Positions 17,668 to 25,870 of a stretch of 64,000 nucleotides of DNA are shown here, piece by piece. The stretch spans positions 640,001-704,000 of the forward strand of contig CP182352.1 of the NCBI GenBank assembly GCA_048571215.1, read 5' to 3'. This DNA comes from Halarcobacter sp. (GTDB taxonomy: Bacteria; Campylobacterota; Campylobacteria; Campylobacterales; Arcobacteraceae). A program made the position numbers and the translations under genes. Below the pieces are notes generated by a model, which worked only from the letters and a program-made list of their open reading frames with translations, searched no databases and had not been told where the DNA came from. Numbering within the stretch: position 1 is the stretch's first letter; every line of letters starts with the position of its first letter.

Positions 17668-18864
17668 TTAGAATTTATATGTTAAATAAACTCTTGTAGT
17701 GTCTGTATCTTTTGGTATCTTTTCAACCTCTACATGTTCATAGTTTACTTTAAGAAGTAAGTTTTTTGAAACAGGATATATTGCTATAGCACCCATTGCT
17801 GTAACATCACCGATTGGATGAGTTGAAGACATAGATTTACCAGCATACCCAACTGCAGTTGCACCCATAACAGGAACAGCAATAGCACCCACTATTGTAT
17901 CTGTATCTGCTCTAGTTGGAACTCCACCACCATGTACTGGCATTGCAGTAAAAGGAGTATCTGTTGTACCTGAACCTGCACCTACATATACAGGAGCATT
18001 CTTATCTGTACTTGAATTATATGCTAACACATATCCAAGTTTTCCTATCCCTAATGGTCCAGTAGCTTTTAATCCAAAAAGTTTTCCATCTTGTGCATTT
18101 GCAGCTTGAGTTTTATCAGTTGATGATAAGAATTGAGCTGAAAGCATGTGACCATTTAAATTATAGTCTGCTTGTAAATATAAAGCATCTTTATCTGTTG
18201 CAGAAGTTTTTCCACTTTCATCTAAATATTGAGCTTGTAGAGTTAAATTTTCAATAGAAGTATTTTTTGCATAGATTGTATATGCACCATCTTGAAAATC
18301 TTTAAAATCTCCTATATCATTTGATGTAGCATCAACTTTGTTTTGATATTTGTTTACATAACCTGCAACAAGAGTAGTGTTAGGAATATCAGTATTTGTT
18401 AAAACATAAGCTTCAAATGAATCTTTTAATACAGTCTCAGAAGATTTCCCATCAATTGCTGTACTTACAAGTGGTGTATAGATATATTGTCTACCAGCTT
18501 TCAAACTTGTATTAGAGTATTTATATTGAATATAAGATTCTGATAATCTAGCTCCTGATGCATCCAGTGGGTCTATTTGAGGTCCTGCTGTTGGAGCATT
18601 GAAGTCATCAGTTAATACAGTTGAAGCTTGAAAGGTAACTCCTGCTGAAAAACCATAAAAATCTCCAGTAATTACCCCAAGGCTACCACCAACTGCAGTA
18701 ATATCTTCTGATTTTGCTGCACCCAGAAAATTAGAATCAGAGTACTCTGCTTTAATCTCACCTTTAACCTTAAGATTTTGTAATGCATCTGAAAGGTTAT
18801 CTGCTAATAGTGGAGTAGTGATTGCTATAGATGCAATCAAACTTAAGCATGAAATTTTTTTCAT
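17668..18864 (-). CDS. Outer-membrane porin (OprD/Campylobacterota porin-like)
   Basis: Signal peptide; DNLSDAL...KVKGEI; LSESYIQY, KAGRQ...TPL; amphipathic strands; C-terminal RVYLTYKF. Confidence 0.85.
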   Translation of the reverse strand: MKKISCLSLIASIAITTPLLADNLSDALQNLKVKGEIKAEYSDSNFLGAAKSEDITAVGGSLGVITGDFYGFSAGVTFQASTVLTDDFNAPTAGPQIDPLDASGARLSESYIQYKYSNTSLKAGRQYIYTPLVSTAIDGKSSETVLKDSFEAYVLTNTDIPNTTLVAGYVNKYQNKVDATSNDIGDFKDFQDGAYTIYAKNTSIENLTLQAQYLDESGKTSATDKDALYLQADYNLNGHMLSAQFLSSTDKTQAANAQDGKLFGLKATGPLGIGKLGYVLAYNSSTDKNAPVYVGAGSGTTDTPFTAMPVHGGGVPTRADTDTIVGAIAVPVMGATAVGYAGKSMSSTHPIGDVTAMGAIAIYPVSKNLLLKVNYEHVEVEKIPKDTDTTRVYLTYKF

Positions 18865-18970
18865 TTTATTCCCTTATGTTATATTTAGATTTTCAAAACT
18901 AAGATTTTTTCCTTAATATAAAAATTCGCAAAACTATTAAAGAAAATTCTTAGGATGAATTTCAATACTA

Positions 18971-19002
18971 AATATAGTTAAATGAAATCGCACTTTAATC
19001 GC
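18971..19002 (-). promoter_or_regulatory. GCGA direct-repeat box plus -10, upstream of the porin gene
   Basis: Minus strand GCGA ttaaagt GCGA tttcatttaac TATATT. Confidence 0.72.
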
Positions 19003-19139
19003 ATTTTTATTATTTTGATTAAAAAATCATTTCAAACTTCAAGATAATAAGAGTTCTAAAGTATGGTAAATAATTATTTTTTAATAATCAAAGTGCTATA
19101 CTTTTAATATTATTTATTCTTTAAAAAAAAGGCACTCTC

Positions 19140-20519
19140 ATGCAAAATGGAATTATATTTTTTTATTTGCTTGCAGTTTTATTTATAGGTTTAAAAGCAG
19201 GACAAAATATAAAAGGGATGAGAGAGTATGCTGTTGCTGGAAAATCTTTTGGAACCTTAGCTATTTTTGCAACCCTATCTGCTTCTTTTATAGGTGGTGG
19301 TTTTTCAATGGGAAATGCTGAAAAAGTGTTTTTAGTTGGTATCTCAAATATTGTAGCCTTGTGGGGATTTAGTTTAAAAGAGATTTTAGTAGCACAATTT
19401 GTAGCACCCAATATGCGACACTATCCACATGCTATCTCTGTTGGGGATATTATGGAACCAGCATATGGAAAAGAAGCAAGAGTATTTAGCGGAATATTTG
19501 GCTTTATTCTTTGCTCAGGAATTCTTGGAGCACAAATTGGAGCTATTGGATATATATTTAATCTTTTTTTAGGTTTGGATAGAACTTTTGGTATTTTAAT
19601 TGGAATGGGGATTGTGATTGCCTATGCAACAGTTGGTGGAATGAAAGCTGTAGTTTGGACTGATATTATGCAGTTTATAGTATTAGCCATTGGTATCCCT
19701 ATAGTATTATATTTTGGTATAAATCATGTGGGTGGTTGGGAAAATATAGTGGCAAAAGTACCACCTTCTCATTTAGAGATACCAACAGATACAATGTCAC
19801 TTATTGCTTTGACTTCATTGTTTTTAACCTTTTTATTAGGTGAAACCTTAGTTCCTCCATATCTTCAAAGGCTTTTAATAGGAAAAGATACAAAAAGAGT
19901 TTCAAGGGGGACTTTACTTAGTGGATTGTTTTCTATACCATTTTTTGCTATGACAGGACTTATTGGTTTAATTGCTTTAGCAATGAATCCCGAATTAGAT
20001 GCAAATCTAGCTATGCCTTATGTTATAAAAGAATCATTACATCCAGTATTACAAGGAATTGTAATAGCTGCTGTAATATCTATAATAATGTCATCGGCAG
20101 ATTCATTTTTAAACTCAGCTGCTATAGCTTTTAGTAATGATATTTTAAAACCTTTGAGAAAAACCTCTTTAGATATAAAAAAAGAGTTAAAAATAGCAAG
20201 ACTTATTACACTACTTGTGGGAGTACTAGCAGTAGTTTTTGCCTTATCAATTGATAGTGTGTTAGATATTTTAATCTATTCATATAATTTTTGGGCTCCT
20301 ACAGTATTAGTTCCTTTATCAGCTGCCTTATTAGGACTAAAAGTAAGTAGGTTGCGTTTTTTAGCTGGTTCTCTTAGTGGAATATTAGGAGTATTAATCT
20401 GGAATATAGTTTTTAATTCACCATATCAAATTGATGGTTTAGTTATTGGTACCTTATGTAATTTTATTATATTTTTTAGTATTGATAAAAAAGGTGCTAT
20501 AAAAAGGGTGAAGTTATAA
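19140..20519 (+). CDS. Sodium:solute symporter (SSS) family protein
   Basis: EYAVAGK, AS.IGGG, YA.VGGMKAVVWTD.MQ, QRLL, S.IMSSADS.LN; about 13 TM segments. Confidence 0.88.
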   Translation: MQNGIIFFYLLAVLFIGLKAGQNIKGMREYAVAGKSFGTLAIFATLSASFIGGGFSMGNAEKVFLVGISNIVALWGFSLKEILVAQFVAPNMRHYPHAISVGDIMEPAYGKEARVFSGIFGFILCSGILGAQIGAIGYIFNLFLGLDRTFGILIGMGIVIAYATVGGMKAVVWTDIMQFIVLAIGIPIVLYFGINHVGGWENIVAKVPPSHLEIPTDTMSLIALTSLFLTFLLGETLVPPYLQRLLIGKDTKRVSRGTLLSGLFSIPFFAMTGLIGLIALAMNPELDANLAMPYVIKESLHPVLQGIVIAAVISIIMSSADSFLNSAAIAFSNDILKPLRKTSLDIKKELKIARLITLLVGVLAVVFALSIDSVLDILIYSYNFWAPTVLVPLSAALLGLKVSRLRFLAGSLSGILGVLIWNIVFNSPYQIDGLVIGTLCNFIIFFSIDKKGAIKRVKL

Positions 20520-20532
20520 ATTCACTCTTTTT
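20501..20532. terminator. Intrinsic terminator at the end of the SSS gene
   Basis: aaaaagggtgaa-gttataaa-ttcactcttttt inverted repeat. Confidence 0.6.
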
Positions 20533-20552
20533 ACAGCTATTAGTAAAGTTAA

Positions 20553-20822
20553 TCAAAAACTATATTTATTGTTCATTTTAGAAATTCTTAAAAGATTTAC
20601 ATACCAATCTTCATCTAAATCTTCTTTATCTAAATCTTTAAGGTTGATTTCTAAACAATAGGTGTCACTTAAATTGAGATCTTCAATTTTTTCTTCAGGA
20701 ATATAGAGGGCTTCAATACAATATAAATATAGCTGTTCTTCACTATCAATATCTTCCATTCCCCAACCATCTTCAAACTCACATAATAAAAAATATCCTT
20801 CTGATTCACTAATTGTTTTCAA
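20553..20822 (-). CDS. Small acidic hypothetical protein
   Basis: 89-aa ORF, TTG start, AAGGA RBS upstream; no motif recognised. Confidence 0.6.
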   Translation of the reverse strand: MKTISESEGYFLLCEFEDGWGMEDIDSEEQLYLYCIEALYIPEEKIEDLNLSDTYCLEINLKDLDKEDLDEDWYVNLLRISKMNNKYSF

Positions 20823-21090
20823 ATACTTTAATCCTTTTTAATCTTAATAATCAATATAATTTTTGATACTATAATTTATTTACTTTGTGAAAACTTAAAA
20901 TTAAACTTTTATAACGGGTTTATAATTTTAGTCTAACACTTAAAAAAAAGAAAATATAGAGGAAAAATCCAAAAAGAAAAAACTTGAATTAGAAATTTCA
21001 AAGATTATCTTAATACCAAATAATCTAAACTACTATCATGACAAGAATATTGTATTTTAAAATATAAGTTGTAGAAAAAATAGTTGAGTT

Positions 21091-21121
21091 AAGTATAAAA
21101 GGTGTTAAACCTTTTATACTT
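21091..21121 (-). terminator. Terminator hairpin downstream of the feo operon (second hairpin at 21125-21151)
   Basis: Perfect inverted repeat aagtataaaaggt-gttaa-accttttatactt. Confidence 0.7.
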
Positions 21122-21154
21122 GAAATTGATAAAATTGATTATTTTATCAATGGA

Positions 21155-21946
21155 TTATTTCATAGGTTTAGCTTCAACCCAAATAACAGCATCTTGACTT
21201 AGTTCTTTACCTTTGTATTCTTTGTCAGAACCAGCTCCTAGTGCGCAAAATCCCCAAAACCCAGCTTTAGGAATTGAGAATGTAAACTCACCATCTTTAT
21301 TTGCTTTGATTCCAATTGTTACAAATGAATCTTGTGGAGCTTTATATTTATTTGGTCCCATTGCATTATTTTTCATATCTGGTGTATTATTTATATATTC
21401 AACTTCTATTTCTGCAAAAGGTACTGGTTTTCCATTTGATTTTACTATACCCGTAAAACTTCCACCTTCCCAAATTGAATATGGTTTTGTTAATGGCACA
21501 ATCTCAGCTTTTAATCCTAATTGCGCATCCCAATCTGTTGGTGTTCCCGCTACATTGATTACTGTTTTTGTAATTTGTTGGATATATATTCCTTCACCTG
21601 CTTCAAAATATGGAACTGGTTTCATAACAAATACATGATCACCCATTCTTCTTGCTTTATATGATGATTCAAAAGCTTTTCCTGAGTTATGTTTACCTTT
21701 CCAAGTGATAGGTTTTAAACTATCTTTTAAATCTTTCTTTTTACCTTTATTAATTACATAAAACTCTTCTACTCCTGCCATATCCATTGTATGTTCATCT
21801 GCAAATGGGTGAGTAAATACATGTTTAAATTCTATTGTTTTACCTTTTTCTAATGCTGTATTTGGTGTATATACCATTTGAAAGTGTGCCAATGCGTCTG
21901 TTGCTAAAACTGTTGCTGCTGCTAATCCTACGATTACCTTTTTCAT
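21155..21946 (-). CDS. DUF4198-like periplasmic metal-uptake-associated protein
   Basis: Signal peptide ALA|HFQM; FTHPF, P.PYFE..E...IQQITK, EIVPLTKPY, G.V..NGKPVP.AEIEVE, GFWGF.AL. Confidence 0.78.
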   Translation of the reverse strand: MKKVIVGLAAATVLATDALAHFQMVYTPNTALEKGKTIEFKHVFTHPFADEHTMDMAGVEEFYVINKGKKKDLKDSLKPITWKGKHNSGKAFESSYKARRMGDHVFVMKPVPYFEAGEGIYIQQITKTVINVAGTPTDWDAQLGLKAEIVPLTKPYSIWEGGSFTGIVKSNGKPVPFAEIEVEYINNTPDMKNNAMGPNKYKAPQDSFVTIGIKANKDGEFTFSIPKAGFWGFCALGAGSDKEYKGKELSQDAVIWVEAKPMK

Positions 21947-22042
21947 TTATTTTCTCCTATTTTATAATTTATATTTATAACCAAGTGTTAATTTTAGACT
22001 TTTTATAAGATCTAAACTATCACTAACAAATATCTTATTTAC

Positions 22043-22342
22043 TTACTCAGTAATGTCTGAACCTTTTACATGAACTTGATGTCCTTCTCCTGCATCAAAT
22101 ACAGCGGTATAACTATTTGAAGGTTTTTTAAATGTTACTTCACTATCCTCATTCATTTTTGCTTCATAGATACTTTTCCCATCTTGTAAAACATGGAATT
22201 TTACACCACTTGCGCTACTACCATCGGAAAAACCACCTTCGCAAGTGATTGTTCCATCTCCATTATCAAAACAACTCATAATTGCAGTATGAGCAAACAT
22301 CGAACTTGCAACAAATGCAAGACCTAATAAAATTTTTTTCAT
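22043..22342 (-). CDS. Small exported protein (CbiL/NikL-like GFSDG motif)
   Basis: Signal peptide MFA|HTA; CEGGFSDGSSA...FDAGEGH. Confidence 0.65.
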   Translation of the reverse strand: MKKILLGLAFVASSMFAHTAIMSCFDNGDGTITCEGGFSDGSSASGVKFHVLQDGKSIYEAKMNEDSEVTFKKPSNSYTAVFDAGEGHQVHVKGSDITE

Positions 22343-22361
22343 TTTTTCTCCTTTTTTAAGA

Positions 22362-24830
22362 TTAAATTTGTTTATTTATTTTAGGCTTAATTCCACCCTT
22401 CCAATTTACATTTTTCTTTGGAAAAAAACCAACTATTAGTGCTACTGTAAGTACAGAAAAATAAAAGTAAGTCATTGCTTCTAGTCCTGTCCAACTATTA
22501 CTTAAGCCTAAAGTAAAAACTATGGAAGCTAAAGTAATACCCAAAAATACAGGAAAGAAAATAGCAAATATCATCCACTTATAACTATTTGTTTGTAGTT
22601 TCACAACAATCATTGTTGCAATACAAGGTGGAGTTAAAAGCATGAAAATTATAATTGCTGTAGCATGCAAAGGTGTATATCCACTATTTTGTGCTATAGC
22701 TTCTTCTGCTCTCATTGAATCAGCTTTATTATTTTCATATAAAGATCCAAGTGTTGCAACAGCACTTTCTCTTGCTGCAAAAGAACTTAAAAAAGCCACA
22801 TTTATTTTCCAATCAAAGCCTGCATATTGAGTAAGTGGTTCAATTGATCGTCCAGCCATTCCTAACAATGAATTTTCAACTTTTTCATTTTTCATATATC
22901 TTAAAATTCTTTTTCTTTTTTTAGATAGTTTTCTAAGTTCTTTATTTATAATTCTTGCTTCTTTATCTCTTTTAGGTTTTATAAATTTATATAATGAAGC
23001 ATTCATTTGTTTATATTCTTCATCAACAGAAGATGATCCAGACATCTTTTTTGCTTTATATCCATCATAATAATTTAAAAGATTTGAAACTTCATCTTTT
23101 GTATCAACTTCTTCAAAATATTTAGATTTTTTTACTTTTTTATAAAAAACGTCTAATGCTTTTTGTCCATCTGCATTAAATTTAATTTGCTCTTTATCTG
23201 AAAGTCCAGGGAATTGAAGCATTGCAAAAAGTATAATAGCCACAGCTAATACAATTGTTACTACTTTTTTAATATATAACCAAACTCTTTGTGAAGCTCT
23301 AATTATTACTCCTTTAACAGTGGGCATATGATAAGGGGGAAGCTCCATCAAAAATGGGGCTGTTTCCCTTGTTTTTAATATAGTTGTTGTAATTAATTTT
23401 GCTACTATCATCGCAATAAACAAGGTTACTGTTGAAATAAAAAACATCATAATTGCCATATCTGGTTTAAAAAAAGCTCCTAAAAGTAGAGTATAGAATG
23501 GAACCTTTGCTAAGCAGTTCATATATGGAACTGAAAAAATAGTTGCCATTCTTGCTCTATCATCTGCAATACCTTTCGTAGCCATTACTCCTGGAACTGC
23601 ACATCCTCCAACAATTGCACCACCTAAAACAAGAGGTAAAGTTGATTGACCGTGTAATCCAAACTTTTTAAAAACTCTATCTAAAATAAAAGCCATTCTA
23701 GGCATATAGCCCACATCTTCCATAATTGCGATTAATGAAAATAAAATAAAGAAGATTGGAATATAATTCATTAAAGCATTTGCACTATTTACCATCCAAA
23801 CACCAAAGTCGGTTATCATAGGAACATCTATAAAGTTTGCAGCAGGCAAAATATCAATAACAAAATTTTTAAATGCAGCTAAAATTGGCCAAGTATAATC
23901 TGTGAGTTTATACCCCCATACAATAGAGATTTCATATACCATAAACATAAAAAATATTAAAATAGGAATAGCTAAAAATCTATTTAAGATGATTTTATCT
24001 ACTTTGTCTGTTAAGGTTAATTCATTTTTGTGCTTTTCTTTGATAGCTTTGTGATAAATTATATCTGCTGATTCGTATCTAATAGAAGCAAGGAAAGAGA
24101 TTGTATCTTTATCATATTTTTCATGAAATAAATCTTCTTGAATTTTAGAAAACTTTTCAATATCTGAAAACTCTTCTTTTAAGCGATTTATTATTGTATG
24201 ATCTCCTTCTAAAGTTTTTATTGCAAGCCATCTTTTACTTTGACTTAAAGTTGCAGTAGATATTTTCTCTTCAATATACGCTATATGGGGTTCTAGTTCT
24301 TCATAATTTATTTTAAATTCTTCATAGTGATGCTTCTTTGAAGCTGCATCAACTATGGTTTTCATTATTTCTTTTCCCCCAATACCTTTTGCTCCACTAG
24401 CCTCAACTACAGGGCAGTTTAATAGTTTTGATATCTCTTGTGAATCTATTGTAATATCTCTTCTTTTTGCAACATCCATCATATTTAAGATCACAACAAC
24501 AGGGATACCTATTTCTAGGAGTTGAAAAGTTAAGTATAGATTTCTTTTTATATTTGAAGCATCAATTATATTTACTATTAAATCTGGATTTTCATCAATT
24601 ATAAAGTCTTTTGCAACTCTTTCTTCTAAAGAATATGAACTGAAAGAATAGGTTCCAGGCAAATCTACCATTTCAATTTTCTTCTTTTCATAGGTGAAGA
24701 ATCCTGTTTTTTTATCTACAGTTACACCTGGATAATTTGCAATATGTTGTTCTATTCCACTTACAAGATTAAAAATTGTGGATTTACCACAATTTGGTTG
24801 TCCTGCAAGTGCTACTTTTATTTTCTTCAT
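22362..24830 (-). CDS. feoB: Ferrous iron transporter B
   Basis: G1 GQPNCGKS, G2 NYPGVTV, G3 DLPG, G4 NMMD; EDVGYMPR, GC.VP, MELPPY, GFDWK, PPCIAT. Confidence 0.95.
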   Translation of the reverse strand: MKKIKVALAGQPNCGKSTIFNLVSGIEQHIANYPGVTVDKKTGFFTYEKKKIEMVDLPGTYSFSSYSLEERVAKDFIIDENPDLIVNIIDASNIKRNLYLTFQLLEIGIPVVVILNMMDVAKRRDITIDSQEISKLLNCPVVEASGAKGIGGKEIMKTIVDAASKKHHYEEFKINYEELEPHIAYIEEKISTATLSQSKRWLAIKTLEGDHTIINRLKEEFSDIEKFSKIQEDLFHEKYDKDTISFLASIRYESADIIYHKAIKEKHKNELTLTDKVDKIILNRFLAIPILIFFMFMVYEISIVWGYKLTDYTWPILAAFKNFVIDILPAANFIDVPMITDFGVWMVNSANALMNYIPIFFILFSLIAIMEDVGYMPRMAFILDRVFKKFGLHGQSTLPLVLGGAIVGGCAVPGVMATKGIADDRARMATIFSVPYMNCLAKVPFYTLLLGAFFKPDMAIMMFFISTVTLFIAMIVAKLITTTILKTRETAPFLMELPPYHMPTVKGVIIRASQRVWLYIKKVVTIVLAVAIILFAMLQFPGLSDKEQIKFNADGQKALDVFYKKVKKSKYFEEVDTKDEVSNLLNYYDGYKAKKMSGSSSVDEEYKQMNASLYKFIKPKRDKEARIINKELRKLSKKRKRILRYMKNEKVENSLLGMAGRSIEPLTQYAGFDWKINVAFLSSFAARESAVATLGSLYENNKADSMRAEEAIAQNSGYTPLHATAIIIFMLLTPPCIATMIVVKLQTNSYKWMIFAIFFPVFLGITLASIVFTLGLSNSWTGLEAMTYFYFSVLTVALIVGFFPKKNVNWKGGIKPKINKQI

Positions 24831-24832
24831 TT

Positions 24833-25069
24833 TTATTCCTCTACTTCAATAAGCTCAGCTTCACTTTTTCTAACTGTTAAATGGTAGTTATGAAGTCTAA
24901 GTTCCATTGGATCAAAAAGTGGAGCTTCTCTAATAACTTCAATTTCTACATTATTTACAAAGCCCATATCAAGAAGTTTATGTAATAATTTTCCTTTTGC
25001 ATGTAGTTTTTTAACCTTTGCCATACACCCTTTTTCTAAAACAGCTAAAGTTTTTGTTTTAATATTCAT
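24833..25069 (-). CDS. feoA: Ferrous iron transport protein A
   Basis: KLLDMGF..NVEIEVIREAPLFDPM...L.VRKSEA. Confidence 0.92.
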   Translation of the reverse strand: MNIKTKTLAVLEKGCMAKVKKLHAKGKLLHKLLDMGFVNNVEIEVIREAPLFDPMELRLHNYHLTVRKSEAELIEVEE

Positions 25070-25105
25070 AATTATCCTTTGTTTAAAATATCTTTATTTA
25101 TTTTT

Positions 25106-25213
25106 TTAATTTTTTATTAAAAACTGCTGCGTAGTATTTAAGTTTAAATTTTTATAAATAATTTTTAAGCTACAAGAGTAAGATAAGTCTTTTATCTCAA
25201 TAATATTTTTCAT
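25106..25213 (-). pseudogene. Possible truncated 5' remnant of an ABC ATP-binding protein gene
   Basis: MKNIIEIKDLSYSCSLKIIYKNLNLNTTQQFLIKN* resembles the N-terminal strands of ABC ATPases but stops before Walker A; starts immediately after the upstream stop codon. Confidence 0.4.
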
Positions 25214-25339
25214 CTAATTCTTATCTTTTTTAGTTTGACAATTATTACTGCCACAATTGCAACCTCTATTCTTAAATATAGTTTTATAAATATAATATAA
25301 TGCAAAAATTGCAATTATTATTAAAAAAAAATCTTCCAT
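25214..25339 (-). CDS. FeoB-associated Cys-rich small membrane protein (41 aa)
   Basis: Not in the ORF track; MEDFFLIIIAIFALYYIYKTIFKNRGCNCGSNNCQTKKDKN*, TM helix plus GCNCG..C; AAGG RBS. Confidence 0.8.
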   Translation of the reverse strand: MEDFFLIIIAIFALYYIYKTIFKNRGCNCGSNNCQTKKDKN

Positions 25340-25368
25340 ATTGAACCTTATATAAGTTTTTATTATCA

Positions 25369-25403
25369 TTAATTATTATGATAATCGATATCATAATTAT
25401 TAA
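25369..25403. promoter_or_regulatory. Putative Fur box upstream of the feo operon
   Basis: Palindrome ttatgata-atcga-tatcataa with TGATAAT-c-GATATCA core, close to the 7-1-7 Fur consensus. Confidence 0.7.
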
Positions 25404-25870
25404 GAAATATTATTACTAATAAACTTTAAAGTTACTTAAAAAAAGTTGTCAGAAGATTAGTTTCTAAAATTTAGGAATTATTTAGAATATATAAAAAAGT
25501 TATAGAATCAATCATTGATTGATGAAAGTTTTATTGTAAATGTTACTTTATTATTATATTTATGAACATTTAATACTCTTCTCATATTTTCTGATTTGAT
25601 TAGAAAAATGCTTTATAAAGTTAAATTTTGTGATTAAAATAAATACTTAAAAAAATTTTTTAATCTAAAAAAAATAAATTTAATTAAAATATTCTTAATG
25701 AAATCTACATTTATTAAGTAATAAATAATCAAATATTTTTAAAAATAACTTCATATTAATTTGATACTATTTTATAGTATAAAAAATATACTTTAATAGT
25801 ATAAAATATACACTTTAAGTTAATTATAAATTATACAATTAAGTTATATAATTAATAAAAAGGAGAAATT

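Noticed and set aside
19129..19144. Possible sigma54 promoter (GGCAC...TGC) before the SSS gene
   Set aside because: GG-to-GC spacing is 9 rather than 10 nt and the site overlaps the RBS/start codon
21125..21151. TTGAT...ATCAA resembling an FNR box
   Set aside because: Spacer is far longer than 4 nt and it lies at a gene 3' end; better explained as an RNA hairpin
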